64,000 nucleotides of DNA from Limnothrix sp. BL-A-16 (GCA_041937175.2 CP166615.1:1056001-1120000); one strand, 5' to 3'. Shown: positions 11,351 to 22,776, counted from the stretch's first letter. The notes: generated from the sequence alone by a model not told the origin. Numbers and translations are program-made.

Positions 11351-11983
11351 AGCAAAAAACGAATCGCACCTCAGTTCGGGATAGGCGGAACCTTCTATTC
11401 TGCATTGGCACTAGGAGGCTGGGGTAATGGCAATCAAGCACTATTACCGCCCAAGAATCCTTCGAGGCTTCCCAATGGTTTGCCGAAACGCCCGGCCTTC
11501 CTCAGACACTTGCAAGCCAATGAACTGGCGAGCAAATTGCCCAGAAATACCGCCGAGAAATGTTTCTCGGAAAGATCGCCAAGGGTATCCCCCCAGGACA
11601 TTACTCAGGAATATTGCCAAGAAACAGGTCTGAGCAAGCCAGGATCCTCACACCAGGGATTGGCAATTGGCAAGCTGCATTTGAACTTAGGTTCTACTTC
11701 AATTGTGTCTTTTTTAAACTGTAATGACCTTAAATGATCAAATTGTGACGTGCGATCCCACGAAGGCGCGATCGCACGTCATCGCTAATCAATATTTGTT
11801 GCTGTCTATCAATATCTGTTGATCATCTATCGATCGTCTACTGATCATTTTTTACTGATCATCGATTGATCTCTATCGATTGACCTCTATCGATTTTTGT
11901 CTATCAAAGCGTGAGTTTAAAATATAAAAAATGAGCTTAGATGTGAGTTTGGAAGCATAAATCAACAGCCATATCAAACCGCA

Positions 11984-12008
11984 AAGGGGGCGCACGGCCG
12001 CACGCCCC
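11984..12008 (-). terminator. Possible intrinsic terminator of the metallothionein gene
   Basis: Minus strand GGGGCGTGCGGCCGTGCGCCCCC followed by TTT, ~35 nt after the stop; short U tract. Confidence 0.45.
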
Positions 12009-12044
12009 GATCCGAACTGTCAGAAATTACGGCAAAAGTCTAGC

Positions 12045-12212
12045 CTAAGCTTGACCGCAATTGCAGCCGGAATTGCCACAGCAAGCGCCGCCTTCATGGC
12101 CATTGGCGCAGGCTTCGCTGCAATAGTGTTTCCCGTCTTTTTGGATGGCGGTGGCCAAGTCCACGGTGCAGAGGCAGGGGCCGCAGTCGCATTTTTGAGT
12201 GGTCGTCGTCAT
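12045..12212 (-). CDS. smtA: Bacterial metallothionein (SmtA/BmtA family), 55 aa
   Basis: Below ORF-track cutoff. MTTTTQKCDCGPCLCTVDLATAIQKDGKHYCSEACANGHEGGACCGNSGCNCGQA*; CxCxxCxC...YCSEACANGH...GCxC signature; AGGAG RBS. Confidence 0.96.
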   Translation of the reverse strand: MTTTTQKCDCGPCLCTVDLATAIQKDGKHYCSEACANGHEGGACCGNSGCNCGQA

Positions 12213-12471
12213 GGGTTGCTCCTAGCAATCTCACTGAGCAGTGAGGCGAGTGGGTTAAAGATCCCTAAGATCCCCGATCGAGGATGGTGCGTCGCTGGGT
12301 CGTTGGTTGTTGTCCAAGGGGGAGTTCCCCGAGTTCTGGGCCCGGCGTGGGGTTCCAGAAATGACTCCAAGCCATGACCTGATCGCGATTGGCGTTTGAG
12401 GTGGGGATCTGAGTTGAGGTCGAAGTTGCGACCTACAGAGATCTGAGTTGATCTTAGGTCAGCCTTAGATG

Positions 12472-12531
12472 AATAGCTGAACGTTTGTTCAGATGTTGCT
12501 ACTTTAGCATGACTCTTCCCGCGACTGTCAA
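12472..12531 (-). promoter_or_regulatory. smtA promoter with SmtB/ZiaR (ArsR-family) type operator
   Basis: Minus strand: TTGACA (12531-12526), 19 nt spacer, TGcTAAAGT extended -10 (hexamer 12506-12501), then imperfect inverted repeat AACATCTGAACAAACGTTCAGCTATT (12497-12472) with TGAA-N6-TTCA core. Confidence 0.8.
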
Positions 12532-12606
12532 GGGTCGATCGGGGAAAGGGAAATTTGCAGAGGACAGTGAAGCCTTAAGCTATGCCCCTAGGCAATTTTG
12601 ATCACC

Positions 12607-14391
12607 CTAGGCATCACTCAACTGCCAGCAACTGGCGATCGGCATTCGCCAACCCACCCCAAAGGCCCGATCGCTGACCTTGAGCACCGGGGGCGTTTGT
12701 CGCCGTTTAAATTCAGCCCGAGCCAACAGGTGCATCACCCGCCGCACGGTGGCCGAATCGTGACCAGCGGCCACCAAATCTGCGAGGGACTGCCGACGAT
12801 TCACCAGCCGATCGAGAATGTCATCCAAAATTTCGTAAGGGGGCAAGGAATCTTGATCCAATTGGCCGGGTCGCAGTTCGGCGCTGGGGGGCTTGTTCAA
12901 CACGTGGCTGGGCACAATTTCCGACCCTTGGGACACCAACTGCGCAAAGGCGGCCGCGCCCACTTGCCCCTGATTGAGCCAATGGCAGAGGGAATAGACG
13001 CGGGTTTTGGGCACATCGGCGATCGCGGCCAGGCCGCCGTTGGTGTCGCCATAGAGGGTGCAGTAGCCCACGGCCATTTCGGATTTGTTGCCTGTGGAAA
13101 TCAGTAAATAGCCAAATTTGTTGGCCAAAGCCATTAACAAATTGCCGCGAATGCGCGATTGCAAATTCTCTTCGGTCACGTCCGGTTGGGTTTGAGCAAA
13201 GGGTTCCGCGAGGGTTTGCTCAAAGGTGGCCATCAAGTCCCCGATCGGGAGTTTCAGGGTTGGGAAACCCAAATTTTCCGCCAGGGCCAGGGCATCGGCG
13301 ATCGAATGATCGGAACTGTAAGGGGAAGGCATCAGCACGCCCAGAACGTTTTCGGCCCCCAAGGCCGCCACGGCCAAGGCTCCAACCAAGGTGGAATCAA
13401 TCCCTCCACTGAGGCCCAGCACAATTTTGCGAAAGCCACATTTGCGGGCATAGTCCCGAATGCCCAACACGAGGGCTGACCACAGTTCCGCATCGGTGCT
13501 GGGAGCCAGGGGGGCTAACAATCCGGTTTGTTCTGGTAGGGGTTGTTCATCGGCCAACAGGGGCAAGCTTTGGGGCCAAGATCCTTCCTGGCCAGTGACC
13601 ACAAAATCGCGGGTTTCTGGATCGAATTCCGTGAGGATTAACCCGGTTTCAAAGCTGGCTCCCCGGGCCGCGATCGCCCCTGTGCGACTGATGACTAGGC
13701 TGGTGCCATCAAAAATCAGGTCATCATTGCTGCCCACCTGGTTAACGTAGGCGATCGGGAAACCATAATTCAAAACCGAATGTTGCAGCATTTCTTCGCG
13801 CAACCGAGGCTTCCCGATCGTGTAGGGCGAAGCGGACAGATTCACCACCCAATCCACATCACAGTCCACCAACTCCGCCAGGGGATCCACATCGTAGAAT
13901 TTGCGGCCCCAAAACTGATTGTTATTCCAAATATCCTCACAGATGGTTACGCCAATTTTGATGCCATCGAGCGTGAACCATTCCGCTTTTTTACCCGGTT
14001 CAAAATAGCGCCCCTCATCAAAAACGTCATAGGTGGGTAGCAGTCGCTTGCTAAACACATGCCGCAGGGCACAACTATCAATCAGCACTGCGCTATTAAA
14101 GAGACTTTTTCCACCTTCGGTTGCTAACAAATTGCCAATGATCGTTCCCGTCAGCACGGCCAGGTTAGGCGGCAGCTCACGGGCCAACTTGGTCAACTGT
14201 TGTTTTGTGGCTTCCAAAAAGCTGGGCCAAGCCAACAAATCGCGCGGTGGATATCCACAAAGGGCTAATTCTGGAACCACCAACAGCCGCGCACCTTGGC
14301 GACTGGCCTGCTGGGCGGCGTTAAGGATGGCACGGGCGTTTCCCGCCAAGTCTCCGACCACGAGGTTCAGTTGAGCGAGGGCAATTTTCAT
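12607..14391 (-). CDS. nadE: Glutamine-dependent NAD+ synthetase
   Basis: Nitrilase-like N-domain with E/K/C triad (VPELALCGYPP, KRLLPTYDVFDE, ICEDIW) plus synthetase domain (GLSGGIDS, ENLQSRIRG, TGNKSE); probable start MKIALAQ at 14391. Confidence 0.97.
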   Translation of the reverse strand: MKIALAQLNLVVGDLAGNARAILNAAQQASRQGARLLVVPELALCGYPPRDLLAWPSFLEATKQQLTKLARELPPNLAVLTGTIIGNLLATEGGKSLFNSAVLIDSCALRHVFSKRLLPTYDVFDEGRYFEPGKKAEWFTLDGIKIGVTICEDIWNNNQFWGRKFYDVDPLAELVDCDVDWVVNLSASPYTIGKPRLREEMLQHSVLNYGFPIAYVNQVGSNDDLIFDGTSLVISRTGAIAARGASFETGLILTEFDPETRDFVVTGQEGSWPQSLPLLADEQPLPEQTGLLAPLAPSTDAELWSALVLGIRDYARKCGFRKIVLGLSGGIDSTLVGALAVAALGAENVLGVLMPSPYSSDHSIADALALAENLGFPTLKLPIGDLMATFEQTLAEPFAQTQPDVTEENLQSRIRGNLLMALANKFGYLLISTGNKSEMAVGYCTLYGDTNGGLAAIADVPKTRVYSLCHWLNQGQVGAAAFAQLVSQGSEIVPSHVLNKPPSAELRPGQLDQDSLPPYEILDDILDRLVNRRQSLADLVAAGHDSATVRRVMHLLARAEFKRRQTPPVLKVSDRAFGVGWRMPIASCWQLSDA

Positions 14392-14688
14392 GGGGGGCAA
14401 GCGGGGGAGGAACGATCGGGATATCGACAAAACTACGAAATTATCGATATAGCCTATCGGCAAATTAGCGATCGCGTAATGGGAATTGATCTGTAATTTG
14501 TCGAGTCGATCGCCCCTTTCCTTGCAACCCCGGTGCTTTTGTTACGCCACCGTGGAGAAAAGGCTGAAATGTCTTTTCTGGAATCGTTAGCCGTTGATTA
14601 GCCCCAAAACATCAACCGTTTGATTGGATTTGATCGGGTTTGATCGAACTTGATCGGATTTAGTTCCGTTGAACCCATGCTCCAAGGC

Positions 14689-15288
14689 CTAGCTGGCTTG
14701 GGGTTGATAGGGGTGAGGATGAGGATATTGATGGTGATGTTGGCGCTGAAGTTGGGCCATGTGATGGAAGAGTTTCCAGCAATATTCTTCCGGCAGGCCG
14801 CAGGTGGTGGCTCCGCGCATCACGACGGTGAAATACCAATCATTGGGGGCCAGTTCGCGGGGCAATTTGTCCACAACCACGTAGGTGCGCACGTCGTGGT
14901 AGGTTTGGCCCTGGCTGGTGACGGCGATGGTTTCGCGACGGTAGCCGCCTCGGGGCACATCTTCGCGATCGTCCAGTTGGTCGCTTAAACGCCAGGGCAG
15001 GGCATAAAGAACCCCAAAAACGCGCGATCGGGCATCGGGAACCACATCCAACACGCCGCATTCTCGCCGGGGCGATCGCCAGTTGAACCCCAGTCGGTAG
15101 CCCTCCAGCATGGCCGTGCCCACCAGGTAAGGATAAGCCGGCTCTCCGAGGGTGCGCTGCAAATCCACGGGGCACATGCAGGAGCCATAGGCAAAGTACA
15201 AAAACGTGGGTTCAGCGGGAGAACCGTTGGTTGGCAAGGCTTGGAGGGCGGCCGGTTCAGCGATCGGGGCGGGGCGAGAGGGGTTCAT
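14689..15288 (-). CDS. Gamma-glutamylcyclotransferase (AIG2-like) family protein
   Basis: YFAYGSCM motif, V.GVLY.L, LDDRE...Y. Confidence 0.88.
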   Translation of the reverse strand: MNPSRPAPIAEPAALQALPTNGSPAEPTFLYFAYGSCMCPVDLQRTLGEPAYPYLVGTAMLEGYRLGFNWRSPRRECGVLDVVPDARSRVFGVLYALPWRLSDQLDDREDVPRGGYRRETIAVTSQGQTYHDVRTYVVVDKLPRELAPNDWYFTVVMRGATTCGLPEEYCWKLFHHMAQLQRQHHHQYPHPHPYQPQAS

Positions 15289-15607
15289 CGGCAGACGGAG
15301 GTGGATGGGGAAACGTTGATCCGATTGTCACCGCTGGGGGCCGTTGGGTTACGGAGGATTAAGCATTCGATCGAACCCGAAGCGAAGGGGTCAGCAGCGA
15401 GCAAGATTGTGCCAGCATTGTGCTGGTTTGCATCCTAGCAAAACTGTTTACCGAAATACAACTAAAACTCGATCGAAAAACCGTAGATTCAACGGTAGAT
15501 TCAGATTACCCCATGGTCTAGTCGAACAACTTCGATTGTTTGCCTAGGGCCGGAATCCCCACGCCTTGAGGTTGGGGAGAATGTCAAGTTACCGAGTTCC
15601 GAAGCCC

Positions 15608-16804
15608 ATGCGATCGATTGCCGAGATCAACGACAAAATCCGGAGTGGCCAAGTCACCGTTTGGACGGCCGAAGAACTGAAAGCCCAAGTGGTCACAATC
15701 GGCATCCAGGCGGCGGCCGCGCGGGTAGATGTGGTGGTGACCGGAACCTTTGAACCCATGGAGGCTTCTGGGGCCTTTCTGAACCTGGGGCAGACGGATC
15801 CACCGATCAAAATTCGCCGTTGCTGGCTTGATGGTGTGCCAGCCTATGCGGGCTTTGGCGCGGTGGATTTATATTTGGGAGCCAGCCACCCGGTGGAATT
15901 TGCCGACGGGGAAGCACCCGACGAAGGCCGCGATCGGGGCGGTGGCCATGTGATTGAAAGTTTAATCGCGGGGCATTCGGTGCAACTGCGGGCGATCGGG
16001 CATGTGACCGACTGCTATCCCCGAGGCTCCTTTGAAACCTCGATCTCTCGCGACACGATCAACCAGTTTTATCTCTACAACCCCCGCAACCTCTACCAAA
16101 ACTTCATCGTGGGCGTGAATGGGGGCGATCGGCCGCTCAATACCTACTTGGGCCCCTTGCAACCCAACCTGGGCAATGCGGTCTATGTCAGCGGCGGGGC
16201 CCTGTCGCCCCTGCTGAACGATCCGGAACTGCGGCTGTTGGGCATTGGCAGCCGCATTTGGTTGGCCGGCAGCCAGGGCTACATTGCCTGGGAAGGAACT
16301 CAGCATTTTCCGCTGCAAAAACGTCTCCCGAACCAAACCCCGATCGGCCCGGCGGCCACCCTGGCTTTGGTGGGAGATGCTAAACAAATGCAGGCCCAAT
16401 GGGTGCGCGGTTGCTATTTCAAAGGCTACGGGCCGTCGCTAATGTTGGGGGTGGGCGTGCCGTTGCCGGTGGTGGATGAAGCGGTGGTGGCCCGGTGCGC
16501 CGTCAACGATGAAGAGATTGTGGCCCCGATCGTGGATTTTTCGATTCCCCGGCGAGTGCGGCCCACCTTTGGCTTGGTGAACTATGCCCAACTGAAGTCT
16601 GGCCGGATTGAAATCGATGGCAAACTTGTACGCACAGCGCCGCTCACCAGTTTGGCCCTGTCGCGCCAAGTGTCCGAGGCTTTGAAGTTGGAAATTCAAC
16701 AGGGGCGGTTTTTGCTGTCGGAAGCCGTGGCCCCGTTGCCGAGCGATCGCACCTTTATTCCACAGGATCGCTGGGGACAAATTGGGATGGAATCGGAACC
16801 TTAG
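15608..16804 (+). CDS. Homocysteine biosynthesis protein (DUF39; aspartate-semialdehyde sulfurtransferase-like)
   Basis: RSIAEINDKIRSG, VDVVVTGTFEPM, GGGHVIE.L, YNPRNLYQN, GVGVPLP; probable ATG at 15608. Confidence 0.88.
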   Translation: MRSIAEINDKIRSGQVTVWTAEELKAQVVTIGIQAAAARVDVVVTGTFEPMEASGAFLNLGQTDPPIKIRRCWLDGVPAYAGFGAVDLYLGASHPVEFADGEAPDEGRDRGGGHVIESLIAGHSVQLRAIGHVTDCYPRGSFETSISRDTINQFYLYNPRNLYQNFIVGVNGGDRPLNTYLGPLQPNLGNAVYVSGGALSPLLNDPELRLLGIGSRIWLAGSQGYIAWEGTQHFPLQKRLPNQTPIGPAATLALVGDAKQMQAQWVRGCYFKGYGPSLMLGVGVPLPVVDEAVVARCAVNDEEIVAPIVDFSIPRRVRPTFGLVNYAQLKSGRIEIDGKLVRTAPLTSLALSRQVSEALKLEIQQGRFLLSEAVAPLPSDRTFIPQDRWGQIGMESEP

Positions 16805-17217
16805 GCGCGATCGAGCGTGTGGTGAGCCACCAAGGAGCGCAAAGCATCGCGATCGAACGGTTTGGTGATATATTCCGTGGCTCCCGCCAGTTGCCCTTGA
16901 ATGCGATCGAACGGGCGATCGTGGGAAGTCAACATAAGCACCGGTAGCGCAGCAAACTGGGGCAAGCTGCGCAAAATCCGGCACAGCTCCAGCCCATTCA
17001 GATTCGGCATCGACACATCCAACAGCAGCAGATCGATCGGCTGGTGGTAGATCATCGACAGCGCTTCCACCGGATCCGCCGTGGTCACCACGTTGTACAA
17101 ATCCTCTAACGTGCGGCGTACCAAGGTATGCACAATCAAGCTGTCGTCCACAGCCAGCACCGTGGGCTTCGTCATGCTCGATCGAGCCACGGAAACGACA
17201 TCAGAGGAGCTGTTCAT
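16801..17217 (-). CDS. Single-domain (CheY-like) response regulator; start 17217 or 17175
   Basis: VLAVDDS...LLLLDVSMPNLNG...MLTS...YITKPF. Confidence 0.93.
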   Translation of the reverse strand: MNSSSDVVSVARSSMTKPTVLAVDDSLIVHTLVRRTLEDLYNVVTTADPVEALSMIYHQPIDLLLLDVSMPNLNGLELCRILRSLPQFAALPVLMLTSHDRPFDRIQGQLAGATEYITKPFDRDALRSLVAHHTLDRA

Positions 17218-17783
17218 GACTGACCCCAGGATTGAGATGATCGATGCGGCAATTGATGGGGCAATTCCCAAACGCCTTGTGCCTCACCCCTCGCAGGTTG
17301 GTTTCAGGTCGCTGGTCGAATCAGCCTGCCCAATCCTGCAAAAAATAGCACTCTTGTTTGATTAATCCATCAATTGCTACCTTAGCTGCCTTATTAGATG
17401 ATTATTCCTAGATTCCTGATTTCTTTCACCCATGTGGCTAATCTCCCAAGGAGAAAGACAAGGACTTTCAAGACAATTTCAAGGCGATCGAGGGACTGAG
17501 ACTAACGCAGGGAACTAATTAAATTTTGGCATTTTCCGTTGCGCCCTGGTCAAAATTCTGTTCATAGGCATCAATTTTTGATGATTTGTCAAGGTTGATG
17601 GCTGGCGCGCGGATTGCAACCAAAGCGCGATCGGTTCTGATCTTGCCCGCTGCGTGGCTCAGGCCTCGACCCACAGCAAAAGTAGCGCCATTTGAAAATA
17701 AGGGGACTGGGTCTCTTGCGCTTGTTTGTGGAAAGGGCAGCGGCAATGATTTGGCCATTGCTAAAGGCCTTGCAGGGGAAATA

Positions 17784-17902
17784 AAGCCAAAATTGCTACT
17801 CTGTACGCCCCAGAGATCGATGTAGACAAGGGGCTTAAGCCCCTTGTTCCTACGACAATTAATCTTCAGCCCGTGTTGAAAGATACTTCTCAGACATCCT
17901 CT
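17784..17902 (+). mobile_element. MITE of the ~133-bp family, left TIR eroded, central palindrome at 17826-17847
   Basis: Shares AAGCCAAAATTGCTACTCTGTACGC...GTAGACAAGGGGCTTA with the 23135 copy; ends with right TIR CTTCTCAGACATCCTCT. Confidence 0.8.
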
Positions 17903-18769
17903 CAGTGGTCTTTTGAAGAAAAGATCAAAAAACATGAAGAAAATTTGAACATTGTCTTTACCAATAACTGCGGTTTATCCAAAATTCATTCAAAGTTCAT
18001 TCAATATTTATCTGGTATTGATTCAGCGTTTATTTAGTGTTCCTCTGGTGTTCATGAACCATTGCTGGACTGCTGATTGATGACTCATTAACGATTTGTC
18101 AACTATTCGTTATTAATCCACTAGTAATGAATGGGCGATCGGGGCATTGTTGACGGGTTATGTTGATGGGCCATTAATGATTGGGCAGGGCCTCGATCGT
18201 TCATGGGGCATCATCAGTTTATGGGGCATCAGCAAGACCCTATCAAGATTGAAAGTCATCAAGGCTGACGTTGAAATTTTGGGAGCACTGATGATTCCAA
18301 AGGCAAAGTTTCATCCTCTCAGGATTCTCTGAGGGGATGTAAAAGCAATTAGGGTGGTCAATTGCGATCGGGAAACAATTGTCGTGGGGTCAGGTTTTTG
18401 AACAATTATGAAGATCAAAAACTTAACCTGATGGGCTGAAGGAGTGATTGCGGTCAGTAATGAGAATAAATCCAATTTCTGAAAGCTCGAATGAGCGATC
18501 GCCCATTAAATCAAGACTTAGTGTCAAAATCAGCAAATTATCTAGCGAGAATCAAGGGAGAGCGTGTTTATTTAGGGGTCAGAGAGTATTTACATAAATT
18601 TATGATCAAAGGTTTACGTCTAATCTTTCGTGGATTTATCAATAAAACGCCACATTCACAGATCTAGTGAAAGATCCTGAGCTAAAATTGATAACAAATA
18701 CAGATTTTTTTAACAGTTTTAGAGAGAGATGCCGCAACCATCCTCCAGCAGCCAATTTTGGAAATTGTA

Positions 18770-21010
18770 ATGGTTACTCAACTACCGTCCTACGCCATGC
18801 GGCGATCGCCCCATCGATCCCAAGCTGGGCCGTTGTTAGTTCATTCCCTCGGAACTTCAGCGGCACGTCTCAGAAATAGCCCCTCTTGGCCTGACGGTGC
18901 GATCGAGTCAACGAATCATTCAGCGAATCAACCGGCGGCCAATTCGGCTTCCCTGAATCAAGAGCTGGCTTGCAGTGCTGATTCAGAGTCAACGGCTCAT
19001 TGGCTAGATAGCAGTTCCGAGGCGGACTGTCGATCGCTGCTGACAATGCTCAATGGAGTAGGGGCCATTTTGACCGGCACGGGGCCCCTGGAACGGCGAC
19101 TGCAACGAACATTACGTTACTTAGCCCGTTGTCTGGATCTAAAGGAAGCGGAACTGTGGTCTTACGATCGGGTGCAACATCGGTTTAAGTTGTCGGCCCT
19201 GTTTGTGCGGGGACAGGGGCGAAACTTAGCGGTGCATTTTGATCGCTCCGTGTCGGAAGCGGAGGTGCGCAAGTTGGGGCGGCGGGGCAGTCGCTCCATG
19301 GGCAAGCTGGAACTGTCGCAACTTGCCCCCCAGGGGGCGGGGGCCGGTTCTGAGGCAGTGACATCTTCTGCCCAGACGTTTTACTGGGGGGCTTATCCCC
19401 TCCGCATGGAGCGGCATCCCCTGGGGATGTTGTTGCTGTGGCGCGATCGCCCCTGGTCGTTGGCCATGCAGGAGGCGGTGGAACAGGTGGCGCGGCTATT
19501 GGCGCTGGCGTTGGGCCATGACTTGGCGAAACAGGGCGATCGGCAAAAACCAGAGGTGCGGTTGCGCCCTTGGCTCGAAAAAATTCGCTCATCCCTGGAT
19601 TTGGATGCAGTTTTGGCGGCGGCGGTGCGGGAGTTGCGCCTGGTGTTGCGGATCGATCGCTGTGCTTATCTGTGGGCCTTGTGGGGTTCCGATGGAGCCA
19701 TGCAGCTCACCGTTAGCCACCAGGACAGCCGCCAACCGGCCTTGGATGGGGCCTTCACCCGGGCGATCGCCCAAGGCCTGCCCTCTCTGTTAATGCCAGT
19801 GCTCAATCAATCCGATCTGAGCACCACGTCTACCCTGCCCTGGACACAACTTACCCACCTGCTGCACCATCCCGATCCCCAGGTGGCGCATTGGGCCGAG
19901 TCCGCTGGAATCAACGCCCTGTTGATTGTGCCCGTGCAGACGGCTTCTGGCCATTCCGGGGCGATCGCCTGCACCACCATCAGCCAGCGTCGTCAATGGT
20001 CCAGCGACGATTGCGAGGCCCTGCGTTGGGCGGCCGATCGTCTGGCCGTCGCCATCAGCCAAGCGGAACTGTACGATCGCTCCCAGGCCGCTGTACGCGC
20101 CACCGAAACCCAATTTCACGAGTTAGAACGCACCCTTGAGGATTTGAAAAAAGCCCAAGCCCAACTGGTTCATTCCGAAAAAATGTCCAGCCTTGGCCAG
20201 TTGGCGGCCGGCATTGCCCACGAAATTAACAACCCCGTCAACTTCATCAGCGGCAACCTGGATTGGGCCAGCGATGCCCTCACGGAATTGATCGAACTGG
20301 TGCGCCTGTACCAACGCCACACCCATGACCATGATCCCGAAATCATGGCCCAGGCCGAGCAGATGGACTTGGAATTCGTGCTAGAAGATTTGCCAAAGGT
20401 CTTGCATTCCATGCGCCAAGGCACAGAGCGAATTCAAGGCATTGTGGCTTCCATGCGCAATTTCTCGCGGCTCGATCGCGCAGAAGTTTCCTCGGTGGAT
20501 TTGCATGAAGGCATCGACAGTACCTTGCTCATTTTGCATAGCCGCCTGGAGCGTAAAGGTCGGCAAAATCGAATTGAAGTGGTGCGCGATTATGGTGAGT
20601 TGCCCTTGGTGGAATGCCACAGCGGTCAGCTCAATCAAGTGTTTATGAACCTCTTAAGCAACGCGATCGATGCGCTCGAAGACCGGGAAACTGATCCGCG
20701 CATTGTCATTTGCACCCAATTAATGGCGGCAGATTCTGCGGTGGATGGGTTTGATCAACCCTCAAAACCGGGTGTTGAAATCACGATTCAAGACAACGGT
20801 AGCGGAATTCCCCCGGAGGTCACTTCTCGAATTTTTGACCCATTTTTCACCACCAAACCCGTGGGCAAAGGCACTGGGTTGGGCCTATCCATCAGTTACC
20901 AAATTGTGGTCGATCGGCATGGGGGCAAAATTGCCTGCGAATCTCAACCCAACAAGGGCACAACCTTCCGACTGTGGCTCCCCCTAGCAGTGACCGATCG
21001 TAACCACTAA
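18770..21010 (+). CDS. GAF-GAF sensor histidine kinase
   Basis: Two GAF-like regions; [60 protein letters not shown]. Confidence 0.95.
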   Translation: MVTQLPSYAMRRSPHRSQAGPLLVHSLGTSAARLRNSPSWPDGAIESTNHSANQPAANSASLNQELACSADSESTAHWLDSSSEADCRSLLTMLNGVGAILTGTGPLERRLQRTLRYLARCLDLKEAELWSYDRVQHRFKLSALFVRGQGRNLAVHFDRSVSEAEVRKLGRRGSRSMGKLELSQLAPQGAGAGSEAVTSSAQTFYWGAYPLRMERHPLGMLLLWRDRPWSLAMQEAVEQVARLLALALGHDLAKQGDRQKPEVRLRPWLEKIRSSLDLDAVLAAAVRELRLVLRIDRCAYLWALWGSDGAMQLTVSHQDSRQPALDGAFTRAIAQGLPSLLMPVLNQSDLSTTSTLPWTQLTHLLHHPDPQVAHWAESAGINALLIVPVQTASGHSGAIACTTISQRRQWSSDDCEALRWAADRLAVAISQAELYDRSQAAVRATETQFHELERTLEDLKKAQAQLVHSEKMSSLGQLAAGIAHEINNPVNFISGNLDWASDALTELIELVRLYQRHTHDHDPEIMAQAEQMDLEFVLEDLPKVLHSMRQGTERIQGIVASMRNFSRLDRAEVSSVDLHEGIDSTLLILHSRLERKGRQNRIEVVRDYGELPLVECHSGQLNQVFMNLLSNAIDALEDRETDPRIVICTQLMAADSAVDGFDQPSKPGVEITIQDNGSGIPPEVTSRIFDPFFTTKPVGKGTGLGLSISYQIVVDRHGGKIACESQPNKGTTFRLWLPLAVTDRNH

Positions 21011-21081
21011 ACTCAAGACAGCTCGTTGCATGAGTTACTCGTGAGGACAAGGGCTATTCCCTGTCTCTTTCTGCCAAGGTT

Positions 21082-22776
21082 ATGCCCCCAGAGGTTATTG
21101 CGCTGCTCCATGAACTGGTTCCCATCATCTACGATCGCTATGGCCTACGACTGCGGGCTAGCGATCTTGAAGGTCTGACTCAGTTTTTGCATCATCGTTG
21201 GCGATCGGGCAGCCCCCAAACCTGGGCTACCTATCGTCAACTGCTGTTGGATCGAAGTCCCCGCGGTCAACAGGCCTGGCAACCTTTAATTAATGTCATC
21301 ACCAATACGGAAAGCTATTTTTTCCGCGATCGGGGACAGTTTTCGCTCTTGCAACGGCAGATTTTGCCAGAGCTAATTCTGAGTCGGCAAGGAAGTCGGC
21401 GGCTTTGTTTGTGGAGTGCGGCCTGTGCTGGGGGCGAAGAACCCTATTCCTTGGCGATTGCTTTGCAGGGTATGTTGCCGGCCCATGAAAATTGGCAAGT
21501 TCGCATCTTTGCCACGGACATTAATGAAGAAGCGCTCGATCGGGCCCGATCGGGTCGCTTTCGATCGTGGTCATTTCGAGCCATTGATCCCACCACTTGG
21601 CAAACCTATTTCCGGCCCCTGGCGGATGGTTGGCAAATTGACCCAGCGATTCAACGGTTGGTGACCTTTCAAAACTTCAATTTGGTGAATGATGAGTTGC
21701 CTTTAACTGATGTTGGCAAGTTTGATTTAATTCTTTGTCGAAATGTATTTATTTACTTTGCTACGGAGTCCATTACGCAAACCGTTGATTTGTTTGCCAA
21801 GGCCCTTGCCCCTGGGGGATATTTACTGACGGGCCATGCGGAATTATGTCATCAACCGCTGCAATCCTTTGCAACTCAAATCTATCCAGAATCGGTGATT
21901 TATCGTCGGCGATCGGGACAAGCAGCCGCAACCCCTCTGCCTCCAATTAATGGCTTAACCCAACCTTACGCCGCTGCCAGCAATTTAGAAAATCCCTTGG
22001 GGAATCCCTTGGAAAACACGACGGGGCTGAAAAATGGGATGGAAACCCTTCACCCGGCTCCGCTGATCAATGCTGATGCCCAGGCGATCGCGATTGAAAC
22101 GGCGATCGCCAATCATCAGGAACGGCCCAATTATTCGCGATCGGATCATTTAAATGACTTAACTGATTCCAACCATTTAAATAATTCCCGATCGAGCAAT
22201 CCCCGACCCACCGACTCATTCCCCCATTCCCTTCAGCCATCGTCCCCCAAAGTGCCGGTGGTTAAGCCCCTTTCCACACCCTATGCCACGCCTAAAAATC
22301 AAACAGAACAGTTACACAATCGAATCAAGCAAAAATTATTGCAACTGCTGAAGCTCTATCCCAACAGCAGCGCCACACTCTATGCCCTTGCTTGTCTTCA
22401 CGCCAATTGGGGAGCCAGCCAGGAAGCCAATCAATATTGTCAACAAGCCTTGGAAATTGAGCCAGAGTCAACGGAAATTTGCTGTCTGTTGGCCCGAATT
22501 TGGGAAGAACAGAACCAGTTTGATCAAGCCAAGCAATTTCTGCGGCGGGCAGTGTATTTAGATCGCCATGCTTTGCCTCCCCGGCTGGAATTGGCCAGCT
22601 TATACGAGCGGATTGGGGATGCCACCGCAGCACGTCGTCTTTATGCTTCAGCGTTGGAACTGTTGCAGGATTTTGCCCCCCACTGGCCCGTGTTTGACCA
22701 TGACCATTTAACGGCGAGGGAATTGAGCGATCGCCTTAAGGAACATCTAGCTACAATCAGCCACGATCAGCATTGA
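21082..22776 (+). CDS. cheR: CheR-type methyltransferase with C-terminal TPR domain
   Basis: TNTESYFFRD, WSAACAGGEEPYSLA, ATDIN, FDLILCRNVFIYF, GHAE; TPR helices at C-terminus. Confidence 0.95.
   Translation: MPPEVIALLHELVPIIYDRYGLRLRASDLEGLTQFLHHRWRSGSPQTWATYRQLLLDRSPRGQQAWQPLINVITNTESYFFRDRGQFSLLQRQILPELILSRQGSRRLCLWSAACAGGEEPYSLAIALQGMLPAHENWQVRIFATDINEEALDRARSGRFRSWSFRAIDPTTWQTYFRPLADGWQIDPAIQRLVTFQNFNLVNDELPLTDVGKFDLILCRNVFIYFATESITQTVDLFAKALAPGGYLLTGHAELCHQPLQSFATQIYPESVIYRRRSGQAAATPLPPINGLTQPYAAASNLENPLGNPLENTTGLKNGMETLHPAPLINADAQAIAIETAIANHQERPNYSRSDHLNDLTDSNHLNNSRSSNPRPTDSFPHSLQPSSPKVPVVKPLSTPYATPKNQTEQLHNRIKQKLLQLLKLYPNSSATLYALACLHANWGASQEANQYCQQALEIEPESTEICCLLARIWEEQNQFDQAKQFLRRAVYLDRHALPPRLELASLYERIGDATAARRLYASALELLQDFAPHWPVFDHDHLTARELSDRLKEHLATISHDQH

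Noticed and set aside
12051..12377. 108-aa plus-strand ORF from the ORF track
   Set aside because: Antisense shadow of the metallothionein gene.
17519..17935. ORFs containing the peptide KGLKPL (also 23252-23452, 31354-31569, 38692-38874)
   Set aside because: Chance translations of the palindrome or MITE; no coding evidence.
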